Assembly (NCBI RefSeq): GCF_964355755.1
Contig: NC_092673.1
Span: 25,603,648-25,667,647 of the forward strand
Direction of reading: 5' to 3'
Origin: Antedon mediterranea
Lineage: Eukaryota; Animalia; Echinodermata
Length of the DNA: 64,000 nucleotides
A model generated the notes under the pieces. The model was given only the letters and a program-made list of their open reading frames with translations, had not been told where the DNA came from and did not search any database. Every line of letters starts with the position of its first letter. Position 1 is the stretch's first letter. The position numbers and the translations under genes are program-made. Shown one piece after another: positions 27,181 through 40,800 of this stretch.

Positions 27181-27460
27181 GGTAGGCCTAGGCCAGCACT
27201 GCCACTGAGCAGGCAACAAGGGCAAGACAGAAGAAGGAGTAGGCCTAGCTAGGTAGGGCTAGGCTAGCTAGCTACTAGGCTGGATTGGAGTGGAATGGAA
27301 TGGATAGGCTTTTTATCGTGCGTAGTGTATGTAGTATAGTAGTAGGCCTAGTTACTTATTTACAGGCCTAGACTGACTTTTCTCAGTCTAGGTTCGGCCT
27401 AGCCTACACAACATTAATTAAATTAGGCTATCATATCATCAGCACATGGATGGTCGACTA

Positions 27461-28554
27461 CGGGTGTCACGAAACCTAAGACCACGAAAGCTAAGACCCC
27501 GAAAGCTAAGACCCCCTAAGACCTAAGATCACAAAAGCTAAGACCCAAGACCTAGATTACAAATATTTATCTTTCGCACCTGCCTTGTATTTTAACTCCC
27601 AACATTTATTCTGAATACCACACCTTAGAATTGGCACTTTTATGAAAAAGAATCACATAAAAAGTAACAAATACATTTTTAAATTGATGATTTTACAGAC
27701 GTTTATCTCGCACACAAACTGTTTGCGAATTTCGCATGACTAGCCTACAGTACAGTAGCAGTTGTAGGCCTACCATGTTCAATGTTTTTGTTTCTATGGA
27801 ACGTCAAAAGAGCAAAAATTATATAGAGGGCTGAAAACTCTGTGGAGTCCATCTACAGTGTGGATGGAACAATGTAAAATTAAAATTGTAATGATAATAG
27901 TATAATCATGCAAGTACAAAGAAATAAATACTGGCAAATAAATTTTAATTTAAAAATCATGATTTGTTTCGTTTTCTTTCTGTTTTTATACTTGTACTAT
28001 TATTGTTGCTCTTTTGGCGCTCCATAGAAACAAAAACATTGAGCATGGGGGGAGCTCGAGGAGTTACAGTATACAAAGAAACATGTCTGTAAAATCATCA
28101 ATTTAAAGGATTTATTTATTTGTTTTTATGTGTTTCTCCGTCTGAAAGTACTTATAAATCCTAATTTTAAAGTGTGGTATTCAGGATAAAGTTAGTCAAC
28201 AAATTTGGAGTCAAAATACAAGAAAGGCAGGTGCGTAAGAAAAACATCCTCTGAACCAACACAATGGAGTAAATATATACCAACAAACAGCCCGTCAAGT
28301 TTGTTTGTTGTAAAGAAAAAAATATACATTTACTCAACGGGCGAAAATAATGTGAGTTTATCTATGTTTTGCGGTAGTATTTAATTATATTTATGGTAAT
28401 AAATGAAACCTACTGTGTTTAAAATTATGTATGGATAAACAAGTATTGTTTTTAAGCTGTAGTATATCTTAGAATTTGTAGTCTTGGGTCTTAGCTTTCT
28501 TGATCTTAGGTCTGGGGGTCTTACCTTTCGTGGTCTTAGGTTTCGTGACACCCG
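27461..28554. mobile_element. Non-autonomous foldback-type DNA transposon, 1094 bp, 8-bp TSD
   Basis: TIR CGGGTGTCACGAAACCTAAGACCACGAAAG with subterminal CTAAGA repeats. GTCGACTA duplicated at 27453-60 and 28555-62. Further internal inverted segments. Partial copy at 62100. Confidence 0.9.
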
Positions 28555-28859
28555 GTCGACTACTGTCTACTGTGCATATAAATTATAACTATTTATTTAT
28601 ATCATTTATGATCATTATTTATTATTTTTTCAATGTGTAAACGTAATTTTTTAATAATTACTAATTGCAAAGTCTAATTAATAATATAATTCTACTGTGC
28701 CAAGAAAACTTTATGACATTTTTTTTTGGCCAAGATTAAACCAACAGTTGCAATGCTATATAAATTAAGGTTATTCTACCGCCCTCCAGCCGAAGCTTTT
28801 TAATATATAACTTGTATAAATTGATTTGAAACCCATACAGTACTTTTTTTATTCTAAGA

Positions 28860-31800
28860 ATGGGGAAGAAAAATCGAAAATCTACTTCTGACAAAGTTAG
28901 AAGAGATAAGAAATCAACAGAGAAGAAGATTAATCCATTTGAAATTCGAATAAACCGACAGAAACATAATATTCTTGGGAGGAAGTCCAAACATGACAAA
29001 GGATTTCCAGGGATCTCACGTTCTAAGGCAAATAAAAAGGTAGTGTCTATAATTTTTAATTTACTGTTAAATACAAATAAAAAAAATCTTAAAATGTGCC
29101 CCGTACGTTATCAATCCCAACTATTAGAATAAAGTAATTACAGGCATGTTGTAAAATTTAACTAATGATTGTATATAAAGTCAGTACATATAAAAAAAAT
29201 GAATGAACGAAAAAATGAAAAATGTCTGAATATAATTTATTTTATATTAAGAGAGCCAGTCACTAAAAATCAAACATTAGGTGGCAAGGGTCAAAATTTC
29301 GAATTGGCTCATATTTTGCACATTGGTAGACCTTGATGTAAGTAAACCTGATGTGTAAATTGTTTGGTAAAATATCGCTTAGTTTTCGAGAAAATCGAAA
29401 AATAACGATTTTCGGCCAATTTTGTTAATATTTGGTGTATAATTTACATTAACCTTAACAGCCTCTGGAAGCCAAACGTAGCAACCTAGCGTTTTAATAT
29501 TTTACACTTAAGTTAACTAGCATCTTGACAATAATTTAGTAAAGTTTCAAAAAATTTTATGAAATTTTAAGATTTTGACTAATTAATTACTAATTAGCAT
29601 ATATAAAACTCTTAAAAAGTAGGGTAAAAACAAACGCGTTTTTATTCATGTGCAACGAATTTTTTTTAAATAAAAAAGTCATCAATCTAAAGTTTAGATA
29701 CTAATATTTATGAATCAAGTAAAAAAAAATTGGGGAAACTATTTCCCGCTCCGCGCCAGAGCCACAAAGTTGTAAGAAATTCAAAGATTTTATCTGTCGG
29801 CAAGATCAATCAGATGTACCTATTGTTCTCTATTTAGCAATCCAAGTGGCTTTAAGCCAAACTTTTATTACGAGAAACAAACTTGAAAGATAAATTTTGA
29901 ATTAAGTTGTAATTTAAACACAAACTAAAAATACGTTTCTGGTAAAATTTCAATTACTAACCAATATACGAAATTAAGCAATTAACTAAAAATCACTCGC
30001 TTATTCTTTGTCAAACCACATTATTATAAATTATTTCATCCTCTCATAGTTTATAGGATAAAACTGAAAAACAAATTTCTTTTAACTTGTTATCGTTTTC
30101 CTGTTTGTCGAACCTGGTCGCACTTACTCAACGAGAATGTTTCAAAACATTAACCACAGTAGACAAAACACTTTACTGCGTATATTCGATAGATAACGAT
30201 ATCTTCATTGACGTTGACAACGGAACTGATTTGTTATCCATTTTAGTTTATGTCTTACAATGTAAAGACGTGTTGAAAATAATTCTTATATATAAGAAAA
30301 CAAACAAAAGGGAGATTTCATGTTCTTTTAAATCGGTTGTCGGCGGAACTTGTGGATTCGATAGAAAAGACCGCAAACAGAGCACTGAAGTCCTACCTTT
30401 ACAAGCATGCCAGAAGGAAATCGCTGCACACAGATACATGTTTAGGTTTACGGGCATCGATAGTGAGTGGTACTATTTGTGCAGCAGGAAAATGGAAAGG
30501 CGTGAGTCACATCAACAACATAGAGTATGGAAGCAGGTCCATGAAGGTGTGGATGGCGTGTATGGTATTGGTGCAGGACAAAATCTACTTTTGAGTAAAT
30601 TCTGTGTGCCCTTGAAGCTACCCAATTCAATTCATAACCAAGATACAACGTCTGATCAAAATAAATCAAGTATCATTTATTGCAGTAAAAGCAAGAATAT
30701 AAGCCAAGACATCTCATGAAGAACAAGCTGATATAAATGACGACGACCAAATGGAAAGTGAAGAAAGTCCTGGCACCCCCAGCAAACTGTTCTTTTGTCG
30801 CGAACAAGGTTGCATTAGGTCATATCAGAGGTACTCTTCCCTAGAGAAACACTTAGATTATGAAAATCACAAGAACGCACTAGAACATGAAACACTTTAT
30901 GACAAGGCAATGAAATTATACGCAACACAACTAGGAGAGAGGGTACTTCTAAAAATCCAGAACCAACAAGAACCAACAATTCCACGGTCTGACATTGGCC
31001 CCAAACTGCAAATGGGCTGGGCGTTAAAGTCCTCTGCAAAAAAACCCGATTTTCTGTACCACAGAAAACCTACCTTATTGATGTTTCTGACGCTGGAGAG
31101 CAGACGGGACAGAAAGCTGATCCATGTGATGTCTCACGAGAGATGAGATCGGCCAGGCACAGCGATGTTTCACATCTATTTAGCAAGACTGAATTTCTAA
31201 CAGCACAGCAGATTGCAAGTTTTTTCTCACACTTAGCTAAAAAAAGGAGGACAGATGCAGTCGTTCATGATGATGATGATGACGAAGATGATGATTACGA
31301 TAGTAATGAAGATGGTGACAAAGTCGAAGAAAATGGAGATGATTCAAAAACGGAAAAGGAAAGAGAAATTCAACTTTTTTCGCAAACCATACTGGACACA
31401 ATAGGCTTGCAGCATCCAATAATGTTTGAAATGCATAATATTTGTGAACTGAAAGCTCAAGAAAAACTCTCCAGATTCTCTTTGCCAATGTTGCAAGAAA
31501 TGTGTACTTCTCTTGAACTTGATACCACAGATATAACCATAAAGCGCAAGAAGCCATACATTGATTTGCTGGGAAAGCTGGTTTCCGTGTGCAGTTGCTC
31601 GATTGATTAAGGTAGCAATGAATTCTTTAAAATAAAAATTTAATATGTGGGACGATTCTGTTGTCTAAATTGTTAGTATTTAAAGTCACGTTCTGTAAAT
31701 TTTTAATAAAGCGAAGGGATGAAACAATGGTTTACAAGTTTACAAACAATAATTTATTGTTTAGGCTACGAATTACGGTATTAGGAAATTTCGCACGAGC

Positions 31801-34800
31801 ACATGAACGTTATCGGATGTCACCATTCTACTCATTTGCATAACAACAGAGTTCAGTGAACATTTGCATTAACGTACTTGCTCGTTTTGAATTCGCGCTT
31901 CGACGGGAAGTATAGAACGCAAAGCATGTGTAGCGCACGCAATATACGCTACACGTATTAAAACAAATCATGGAATACCTTGGGTTTATAGAGACTAAGC
32001 CTAGCCAGGCATGTTTAATCATGTTTTGGTTAACGTTTTCATTTACGCTATTTTTCAGAAATAAGGTTCTCGATGCACGTAACTAAAGTTTTTCGCAATG
32101 CTTGCGCACGCACAGCAAGTTGTTTACAAAGTGGGCGGAGCTTGGAAAATAGCGTTAATGTGCTCGTGCGAATACTCCCTATATGAGAAGATAAGAACAT
32201 TATGTTATATAGCCTGTTTTCCACTAGGCGAAATTATTTGCGCAAATCAAACATTTTCGCGTATACGCACACGTCAAATGGAACACTTTGTTGATAAAAA
32301 TAAACTGCGCATGCGCGCGTATAGTGCAAAAAATAAAAATATTATTATTATTATATTATAATAATAATAAGAATAAATTCACCTAGTGGAAAACATAACA
32401 GGTGATGAAGCTAAGCGCGTTATAATGTTGAGCTTAGATAGTAATTGCTTAATTTCATGGGTTAGTCGTTTAAATTTGACTAGAAATTTATTTGTAGATG
32501 TTTTTATATTAAAACGTAATTCCAAATTATTCAGGACCTTTCAGTTTACCTTTAAAGTTTGTTTCTCGTAGTAAAATTTACCTTAAATCTGTAAATAGAG
32601 AACAATAGGTACATCTGATTGATCTTGCCGACAGATGAAATCTTAGAATTTCTTACAACTTTGTGGCTCTGGCGCGGAGCGGAAAATAGTTTCCCCAAAT
32701 TTTTTTTACTTGATTCATAAATATTAGTATCTAACCAGTAGATTTACTATTTTTTTATTAAAAAAAAATTCGTCGCACATGAAAAAAAAAGCGTTTGTTT
32801 TTACCCTACTTTTTAAGAGTTTTATATAAGCTAATTAGTAATTAATTAGTCAAAATCTTAAAATTTCATCAAATTTTTTGAAACTTTACTAAATTATTGT
32901 CAAGATGATGCTATTAACGTAAGTGTAAAATATTAAAACGCTAGGTTGCTACATTTTTCGATTTTCTCGAAAACTAAGCGATATTTTACCAAACAAACTA
33001 CACATCAGGTTTACTAACATCAAGGTCTACCAATTTGCAAAATATGAGCCAATTCGAAATTTTGACCCTTGCCACTAAATTACGAATATGTCTGATTTTT
33101 GGTGACAAGCACTCTTAAATGCTTGTTATCAAGTTAATTATTAAAGTATAAGAAAATGTTATTAATTTTTATTTCTTCCTTTATTTTGCCAATAGAGAAA
33201 GGAGACCTTATTAAAGGAATATTTGAACAGAAAAAAATCAAACTTATTTGTAGACAAGAGACTTGGAGAAAATGACCCAAGCATGTCTGTGGAAGATAAG
33301 ATGATGCAGAGGTTTGCATTTGAAAAACAGGTAAAGTTAATTGTAATATATAGAATCTGGCAGTGACCAATGTTAGCAACATTATGTACACTTGATAAAA
33401 GTTAAATTGATGGAACAAAACAAATATAGTTATTTTTTTGTACAGTATCTAGTTCTAGTCATTGAAGTTATTGGACTACTGTACCGTACTTGAAAAGAAG
33501 CCCATATAGGCTTTTTTTGGGCTTCTTTTCGAGATTACTTGCAAACCAAAAAGGGGAGCTTCTTTTCAAGATGAGTGTCTTTATGGTATCATTATTTGCA
33601 CACTAAGTACAGTATAAATTACCATTACTTATTTTACAAAGTAAAATAAACATGTCTCTTTTCCACTTTTATTACTTTTATGCATTATATTAATATGTTG
33701 GTTGTAATATGTATTATTTGTAGAAATCAATGTTATTAATATTATATTAAGTTTATTAGCTCTATTTGAAAAAAGTTGAAATTGTAATGGCATGTTTATA
33801 GAGTGACCTGTACATTTACATTTAATAAATTAAAAATATGTTTGTATTTTGTTCATATTATATATCATATTTAATGTTGTTTAATTACAGAAATCGCATG
33901 AAAAATCTGCAGCATATAATTTGAACGAGGAAGAAGATCTTACGCATTACGGTCAGTCGATTGCGGACATCGAAAAGTTTGATGACAAAGAAGACAGTGA
34001 TCATGACGATGATGGCAAATTAAATGGTCAGTTTTGTATTAGTTTTGTTGTAAAATAGATATATAATTCATTTTAAATATGTATTGTCCCCCTGAAAAAA
34101 TAGTTGTTAAAAATTGTAATGCCACATAATAGTTATTTACTTTGACAAACAAAAATTATTTACCTGAAAAACTGTAATTTAAAGCAAGAAATAGTGAAAT
34201 TGGCTGCCATGTTGAATTTAACCATTTTGTCATTATATAATTGAAAACATTTTTTTTTTACTTTGTTTTTGTTTTTTCAATGGAAGTGAATTTTTAATTT
34301 TTATTAAAACTACAAAATGGCTTTTATCAATATTAAAAGTCCGATTTTATTAAACTTCATTTTTCATGATTTTAGTGACAGTCCTTACTTACTCAATATT
34401 GGAGTCTTTGAATATTTATGTCTGTTGTCCCCAAATTTGAGGCCCAGGTCACAACAAGTGTAAATGAGTTGCACTATCTGTGTATTTCTTTGTGCACTTT
34501 TTTGTCAAGATAATTAGGTGATAATTTAGAATAAAATGATCACCTATTGTTATTGTATGAAATCTTTATTCTTCTTCTTCTTTCTGTACACTATTTTGTG
34601 TAACAAATATCTCAAAAAGTTAAATGTCAATGACTACCAAAATTTCACAATGTCTGTCAAGTCCTGTAACTTAGTCCTAATAAGCTTTTCAGCGTGATCA
34701 CTTATCCGTGACGTCATTTATACGCCATTTTGTGAAATCACATTATCAATCATATCTCCATAATTCATTATCAAATATTAATAAAATTCACTACACGTAA

Positions 34801-37800
34801 ACTTCAGGTCAAGGGTAAAAATATTAGCAAATAAATATGCACGCGCACGTAGGGTCATGCGCGTGAAATCGCGCGTTAAAAATTTAAAAAGCTCAAAATT
34901 AAGTTTTGATCAATTTAGAGCATGAATTAGGCCATTTGCATGTTTCAAAAAATTACTGCGCAAAAAAAATTTTTTGCGCGCGCGATACTTAAAAACCGTA
35001 AAAAATACAATTTTTTTTTACAAATCGCATTCTACTCACCATCTTTAGTACATTAATCAAATTTGAGTCAGTTCCGATATAAAATAACGCTATACGAGCA
35101 GGTTCAAAATGACAAAATGCGCAAATTAATTGCATCAAAGTGTTGAAAATGGTGAAAAATAAGGCATTTTTAAAATGAAAATAATTCTTCAGAATGCACG
35201 ATGACCCCCAATTTTTTTAACTTTTTCTGGAAGCCGTTGAGTTGTAGATATGAATTCATGTACACATTTTACGTACAAAATGTTTTTACGTCATCAAATG
35301 GCCACTTGAATTTAAAATTAAGTTATTTTTCTCTTTTGTCATTCTTTTTCACATTCAATAGAACGCATCTCTGTTATTTTGTGCCTGACTTTCGCTCAAT
35401 TTTCAGTATGTGATTGCTCAATTAATTGACTTTCTTATGACTTGCCACTACTTTTATTTTGATGACGTCATCACGTGTAAAAACTTGATTAACATAGGTC
35501 GTGTAATTTCACCTTCACCGTAAATTTGAATATCTTACAGCTCTTCAGAATTAAATGTGACCTTGATGATTATAATTTATTATGAAAGCTGATGAAATGT
35601 AGATATGAATTCATATAAAAATTAAGCCTATTGGATGTTGTGATGTTATCATATGGCTAGTTGAAGTTAAAACGTTGTTTTTAAATTTCTTTAGTCAAAG
35701 TTATACAAATTTCAAAGAGCGCGCATTGCGCTTCTACGTGTCAAATTCTCTTCCAATCCTTATATTTATTTGCTCAATTAATTATCTTTCGAAATTGTCA
35801 TCTTCGAGTTTATTTTGATAATTCCATCATACCAAAAAAATAGAACATGATGTGGGTCCCGTAATTTGACCTATGCTACACTGTATATAGATATACAGTA
35901 TATACTGTACATAATGTATATTGCATATAATAGGCACAACTCAGCACTATAAGCATATAATAGGATGGTATAAATCAACATTTTCCGATCGTATGTTAAC
36001 ATACGTGCATGTTTAAAAAATATTAATTTCATTAAAATGATAAAAATGATCACCTATAATTCGTCAAAGTGACGAATTAAATTCTAGTTTTTATGTTAAA
36101 GTTGTCATTTCTATTGAATCAAAAGGGGGAGCATAGTTTACAAAATACCTTTCTAACTTTTATTACTTCAATGTAAATACAATTAATAAAAATCCTTTGT
36201 GTACTGTATGACAGTATTTTATTGGTGCTCACCTTAGAATCCGTGGAACACACCTTTCGGTGGTGCGTTCATACAAAAATAAACAACAACATATAAAAGT
36301 AAATGATGATTGAACTTGATTTGAGGTAAACATGACAAATCATTATTGTATAATTACAAATATAAACATAATCCTTAAAGTTACACGCTAAGTAAAAAAA
36401 TTAATTTGCAAATGTTTTTTTTTTTTATTAATTTTACAGCTGAATATGTAGAGAGTGAACATTTTGGTGGTCTGCTTACAAAAAAGAAACCAGATTCACA
36501 GGTACATTGGAAAATATACAATTTATAAACTACAGTTTCCTATTAAGGGGACACATTTTTGGCCCCACATACTGTCCCCTTAATAGAGGTTGTCTTCTGA
36601 ATATGTATAGACTGTTGTGTTTTCTCTTTGATCAATGCATGGCAAAGTGTATACACATTTTCTAAAAGCCAATAAAATGTATTCTTATTTTCATTGTCAT
36701 TTGAATTTTTGTTTGTATGTTGCTAGGGAAATAAACCAAAAACAAGAGAAGAAATATTTGATGAGATTATAGCAAAATCAAAAAAGGAAAAGGTAAATTG
36801 TGTGAGAAAAATAGATTAATGGAATGTTTTTATGAACTTGGGAACTGATATTAAATGTCAAGGCTGTTTTGAAAATTAAAAAAACCGAAAACACTGTTTA
36901 TTTACTCAATATTCCACCCCAAATTAGCACCAACATTGTTCGGAAAACAAAGTTTATTTACAAAATACATTACCCCAAATTAGCCTCAAAATTGTTTTTA
37001 CTAGATTTATTACTATATGTATTATACAATTTCTAGTACGATCGAAAACAGGAGAAAGAAGAAGTGACAGACATGCGGGATAAATTGGATGATGATTGGA
37101 AAGCTGTTAGTCAGTTGCTTGCAAAAGCAAAGGTATGTTCAGGATGTTTTTTTCTGTTTGAATACGAAACATGCATAAAGCCTTGTCTCCACTATCAAAC
37201 AAAAAATTGTGATGTGCCTATATATGGACGTGATGATGTCATATCACTACCATATTGAGCATATCACAAACTTTATGTGACAAAAAACTGTGATGTGCCC
37301 ATATATGGACATGATGATGTCATATTACTACCATATTTGGGTATATTACTACCATATTTGGGCATTTCACACTTTTTTTGTCAAACAAGTTTGATAGTTT
37401 AGACAGAGCTTAAGAAATATTCATTAAAATAATTGCGAAATTTGGACATGAATAGAAATAACATATATTAAGGACATCATTCACACACACCCACACAGTT
37501 TCATCTTGAATGTCCATACGTTTTAACGTGATATTAAATAAATTTGTTTATACTCTCTACAATTTCTTCCTGGCTGTTTTACTTTATCGTTTTGATTTAG
37601 CTATTTGCTATTTTATTTGTATTTCCATTGACGACCACCCACAGCATTGTCATTTTTCCAGTAATTTGCCTTTGGATTTATAAATAAATTGAATCATTTA
37701 AACATGTCAGCTTTTCTATATATACAATATAATTCATTAATTCTTCCAGAAAGAAGAAGAAGAAAATGATATACAAACATTTTATAATTTGTATTCCTTT

Positions 37801-40800
37801 TTTTAATTTTGTTCCTTTAGAGAAAACAAGAAAACACAGAAGTTATTAAATCGGATGATTATGATATTGCCGTTCGAAGTCTTCTATATGACATGAAAGC
37901 CAAAGTATGTTATTTTGTTGTATATTGTATAATTACTTTATAATACGTTAAATGTAAATCTCATATGAGGCTTGTACTTGAGTCACAGGATTTGAACCAA
38001 GTATTAAAAGATTAATAAGCAAGCTTGCAAGCCACCGAGCTAAAGTACCACTATGTCAGTTTTGACATTAAATGTAAAGTAAATCTGGTGTGTCATTTTA
38101 TGTGCTATTTTACATTTATAGCACACCATTTGATTGGTTTATCTTGACATGCTGTTCGGTATTGGCTCTATTCTATTTTTCTAAACATTTTCTCTTGCAT
38201 ACAAAAACTAAATTTGTTGGGTGGGCTTTTTCACATTGTAGAGACAATGAGATGGTCGCAATCAATTTTTTTAACTTATTAAATAGAACAGTGAATTCAT
38301 GAAATATTCTAACCATTTAACTCATAAACATTTATCGACATTTATATGTTATTGTATGTACTGTGCGTTTTTTTAGCAACAGTTCTTTCAGTCTTAATCA
38401 ACACTGCATTGGCTCACATTATGTTTAATTATCTATGATTATCTATTTCTAAATGTTTTGCTAGGCTACAGATAGATTAAAAACTCCAGAAGAACTTGCA
38501 AAAGTGGAGAAAGAAAGGTTGGAAAAGTTGGAAGAAGATCGTCAGAGGAGAATGAAAGGAATTGTTGAGGAGGATGAGCAACGGAAACGAGCATCGCATA
38601 TATCAGCAGATAGTTTATCTGATGGGTAAATTTAATATTTATATTTTTTTTAAAGAGAAAAATGAAATAAGAAGCATAATTATTGTATAAAATGTCTTAA
38701 AATAACAATTGAAGTACATTTCTCGAGTCGAGTGGCCGAGCGGTTAAAACAGTGGTAAACCATAGTCATACAATTAGCACAGGTCCAAGGCTATTCTCGA
38801 CCATAGTTATGGTGGTAGTCTCCTCAGATAGAGACTTAAAACCAGTGGTCAAGTGTACACATATCGATGCAAAGTGCTGTATTGTTGTATAATTACAAGT
38901 TGGAACCGACGACACAACAGTGCTGCAAAAATCGCTACGGGAAATCAAATCAGTTTTATTTCACGCAACGACGCAAGGCAAAAGAACACTGGAAAACTTA
39001 ATACAGCTCGTAGGCCTACTCAAAAGTATGCAGGGTTTGATTTCACGCAGGTTTGATTTCACGTTGCGTCGCTAGTGGGAACCACACCTTAGAGGAGAAG
39101 AAAGTTCTTGCATGTGTATCCACACATGTGGGCAATTCAGCTCAGTAAGGCTTCAGGATTTCCCTTATATTTTCATTTACTTGACATTGTAACACACTAT
39201 TTTGATCAATCTAATGTTATTAAGTAATTTTATTATAGTTATGTATTAAGTTTGACCCTTAGTTAATATCTCTCTCTTAATTTTATTCCAGCTATGACTT
39301 GTCAAGCAGTAAAAAGTCTGCTGCAATGATAAGTTACAAAGATGGAAAATTGGTGGACCCTAGTTCACGTAGACAAGGTATTACATCATAGTTACCAACC
39401 TGAGAGATTTGAAATGCATGACAGACTACACCATTTTTGTTGAGTAGTTCGGACACAAAGTATTTGAGAGAGTTTCATTAAAAATGTTATATAATACAAA
39501 ATATTGAATTGAGTTGAAGTATTGAGTGTTAAAGTTTCAACAAACTATTCATTAATCATTTTAAATCATCTATTTTTTCATTTATTCTGCTTCTTTCATG
39601 TTGAACAAAAAGCTGAATGAGTAGAGTGATGATTGGTTTTGATATATATTTCACAAATGTACTTCTTTGAAAATTATTCTATTTACAATTGGTGTAACTG
39701 TGGTATGTGCTTTCAAAATGTTAAGAGCTATGACATCACAAGTAGATAACTGCTAATAAACTGTTACACTAAACAAACATAGGCTTTGTTGGGTCATTAT
39801 TACGATAACTGTTTTGTCTTATGTCTAGGAGAAAGTGAAATTGAAGATGATGAAGATATGGAGGAAGAGGAGAATGATGAAAATGCTTCTGAAGTTGACA
39901 ATGAAGATGATGAGGATGAAGAAGATGAAACAGATGATGACATGGAGGATTTGGAAGAAGAGGACGAATCAGAAGATGAAGAAACAAAGGAAAAGAAAGT
40001 AGAAGAGATTTTTAAAAAAAGAAAAGAATTAGCAAAGGTAACGTTAATACACTGGTTTTTCTCAATTACCATCCAACAGTATCACAACAATGTTTATGAA
40101 GTGTAACAAATGCGCTCTCTGTGTGCCTGTATTCAGTGTGTAGGTCTGTGGCCATGATTTCATATACTAGATTTGTTTTCTGGCAATAAATAGATATGTA
40201 TGATTAGTCTTAGCCTTTATTACTATTTAAAATATGGAACTTTTATGTATGACGATGGCAGAACACGCATGTCTGAATAAGTTTATTTTCTTTGTGTTAG
40301 CATGATTATGAAATTCAGTATTAGTTGCCAATAATGTTGTTAATAAATGTTTTTAAGCATTATAAGGGAGGTTGTTTTGTAACATGTATCAACATAAGTA
40401 TCGTTTTTATGTTTTTTTAGAAACGTAAAGAAGTTATTGAAAAGGCAAAGAAAGAATTGCCATTTACTTTTAAAGGTAAACCAGTTTCACTACTATTGTC
40501 TTTATTATTTAGTGCACTTTCATAAAGGTTATTTTAAAAAACAACTGCAGAACAAACCCACCTCCATAGCAGTTGTGTCTTTCACAATAATTGTCCACTA
40601 CTCAAAAGTAACTTGTGTCAGTTAACTAAGTCAGTTCGTCAGATGTTTTGCCCTACTCCGAGGTAATTATACTCAGTACAGAACCGTAATTTGTGAGTGA
40701 ATTCAACCCACAACATTTATATCATTACACTGGCATTCATACCTCTTGACCACCAGCTGATGCCTAGGGTTAGATTCAAGCCCAGGGAAGCAGCAGGTAC

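Larger units (their letters stand above)
29251..33114 (+). mobile_element. Sola3-type DNA transposon, internally deleted and degenerate, in the first coding-region intron of NOP14
   Basis: TTAA|GAG...CTC|TTAA. Long TIRs (~29251-29836 vs 32592-33114, decaying further inward). Transposase C-terminal remnants inside. TTAA target, GAG ends and long TIRs are the Sola3 hallmarks. Confidence 0.85.

Noticed and set aside
30087-30719. 210-aa ORF inside the Sola3 element as an independent gene
   Set aside because: Non-ATG start, and only short patches are in the transposase frame. It spans a deletion and frameshift junction.
35585-35600. CTGATGA cores (also ~42445) as hammerhead ribozymes
   Set aside because: I could not find the flanking stems and a correctly placed GAAA.
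39769-40072. His-rich and Ser-rich minus-strand ORFs
   Set aside because: They are antisense shadows of the acidic (GAA/GAT-rich) NOP14 exon 39829-40037.
40195-40280. Possible intronic C/D snoRNA (ATGATTA...ATGACGA...CTGA) in NOP14 intron 10
   Set aside because: Box C is imperfect, and I could not recognise a terminal stem or rRNA-complementary guide. snoscan or Infernal would be needed. No other convincing snoRNA was seen in NOP14 introns.
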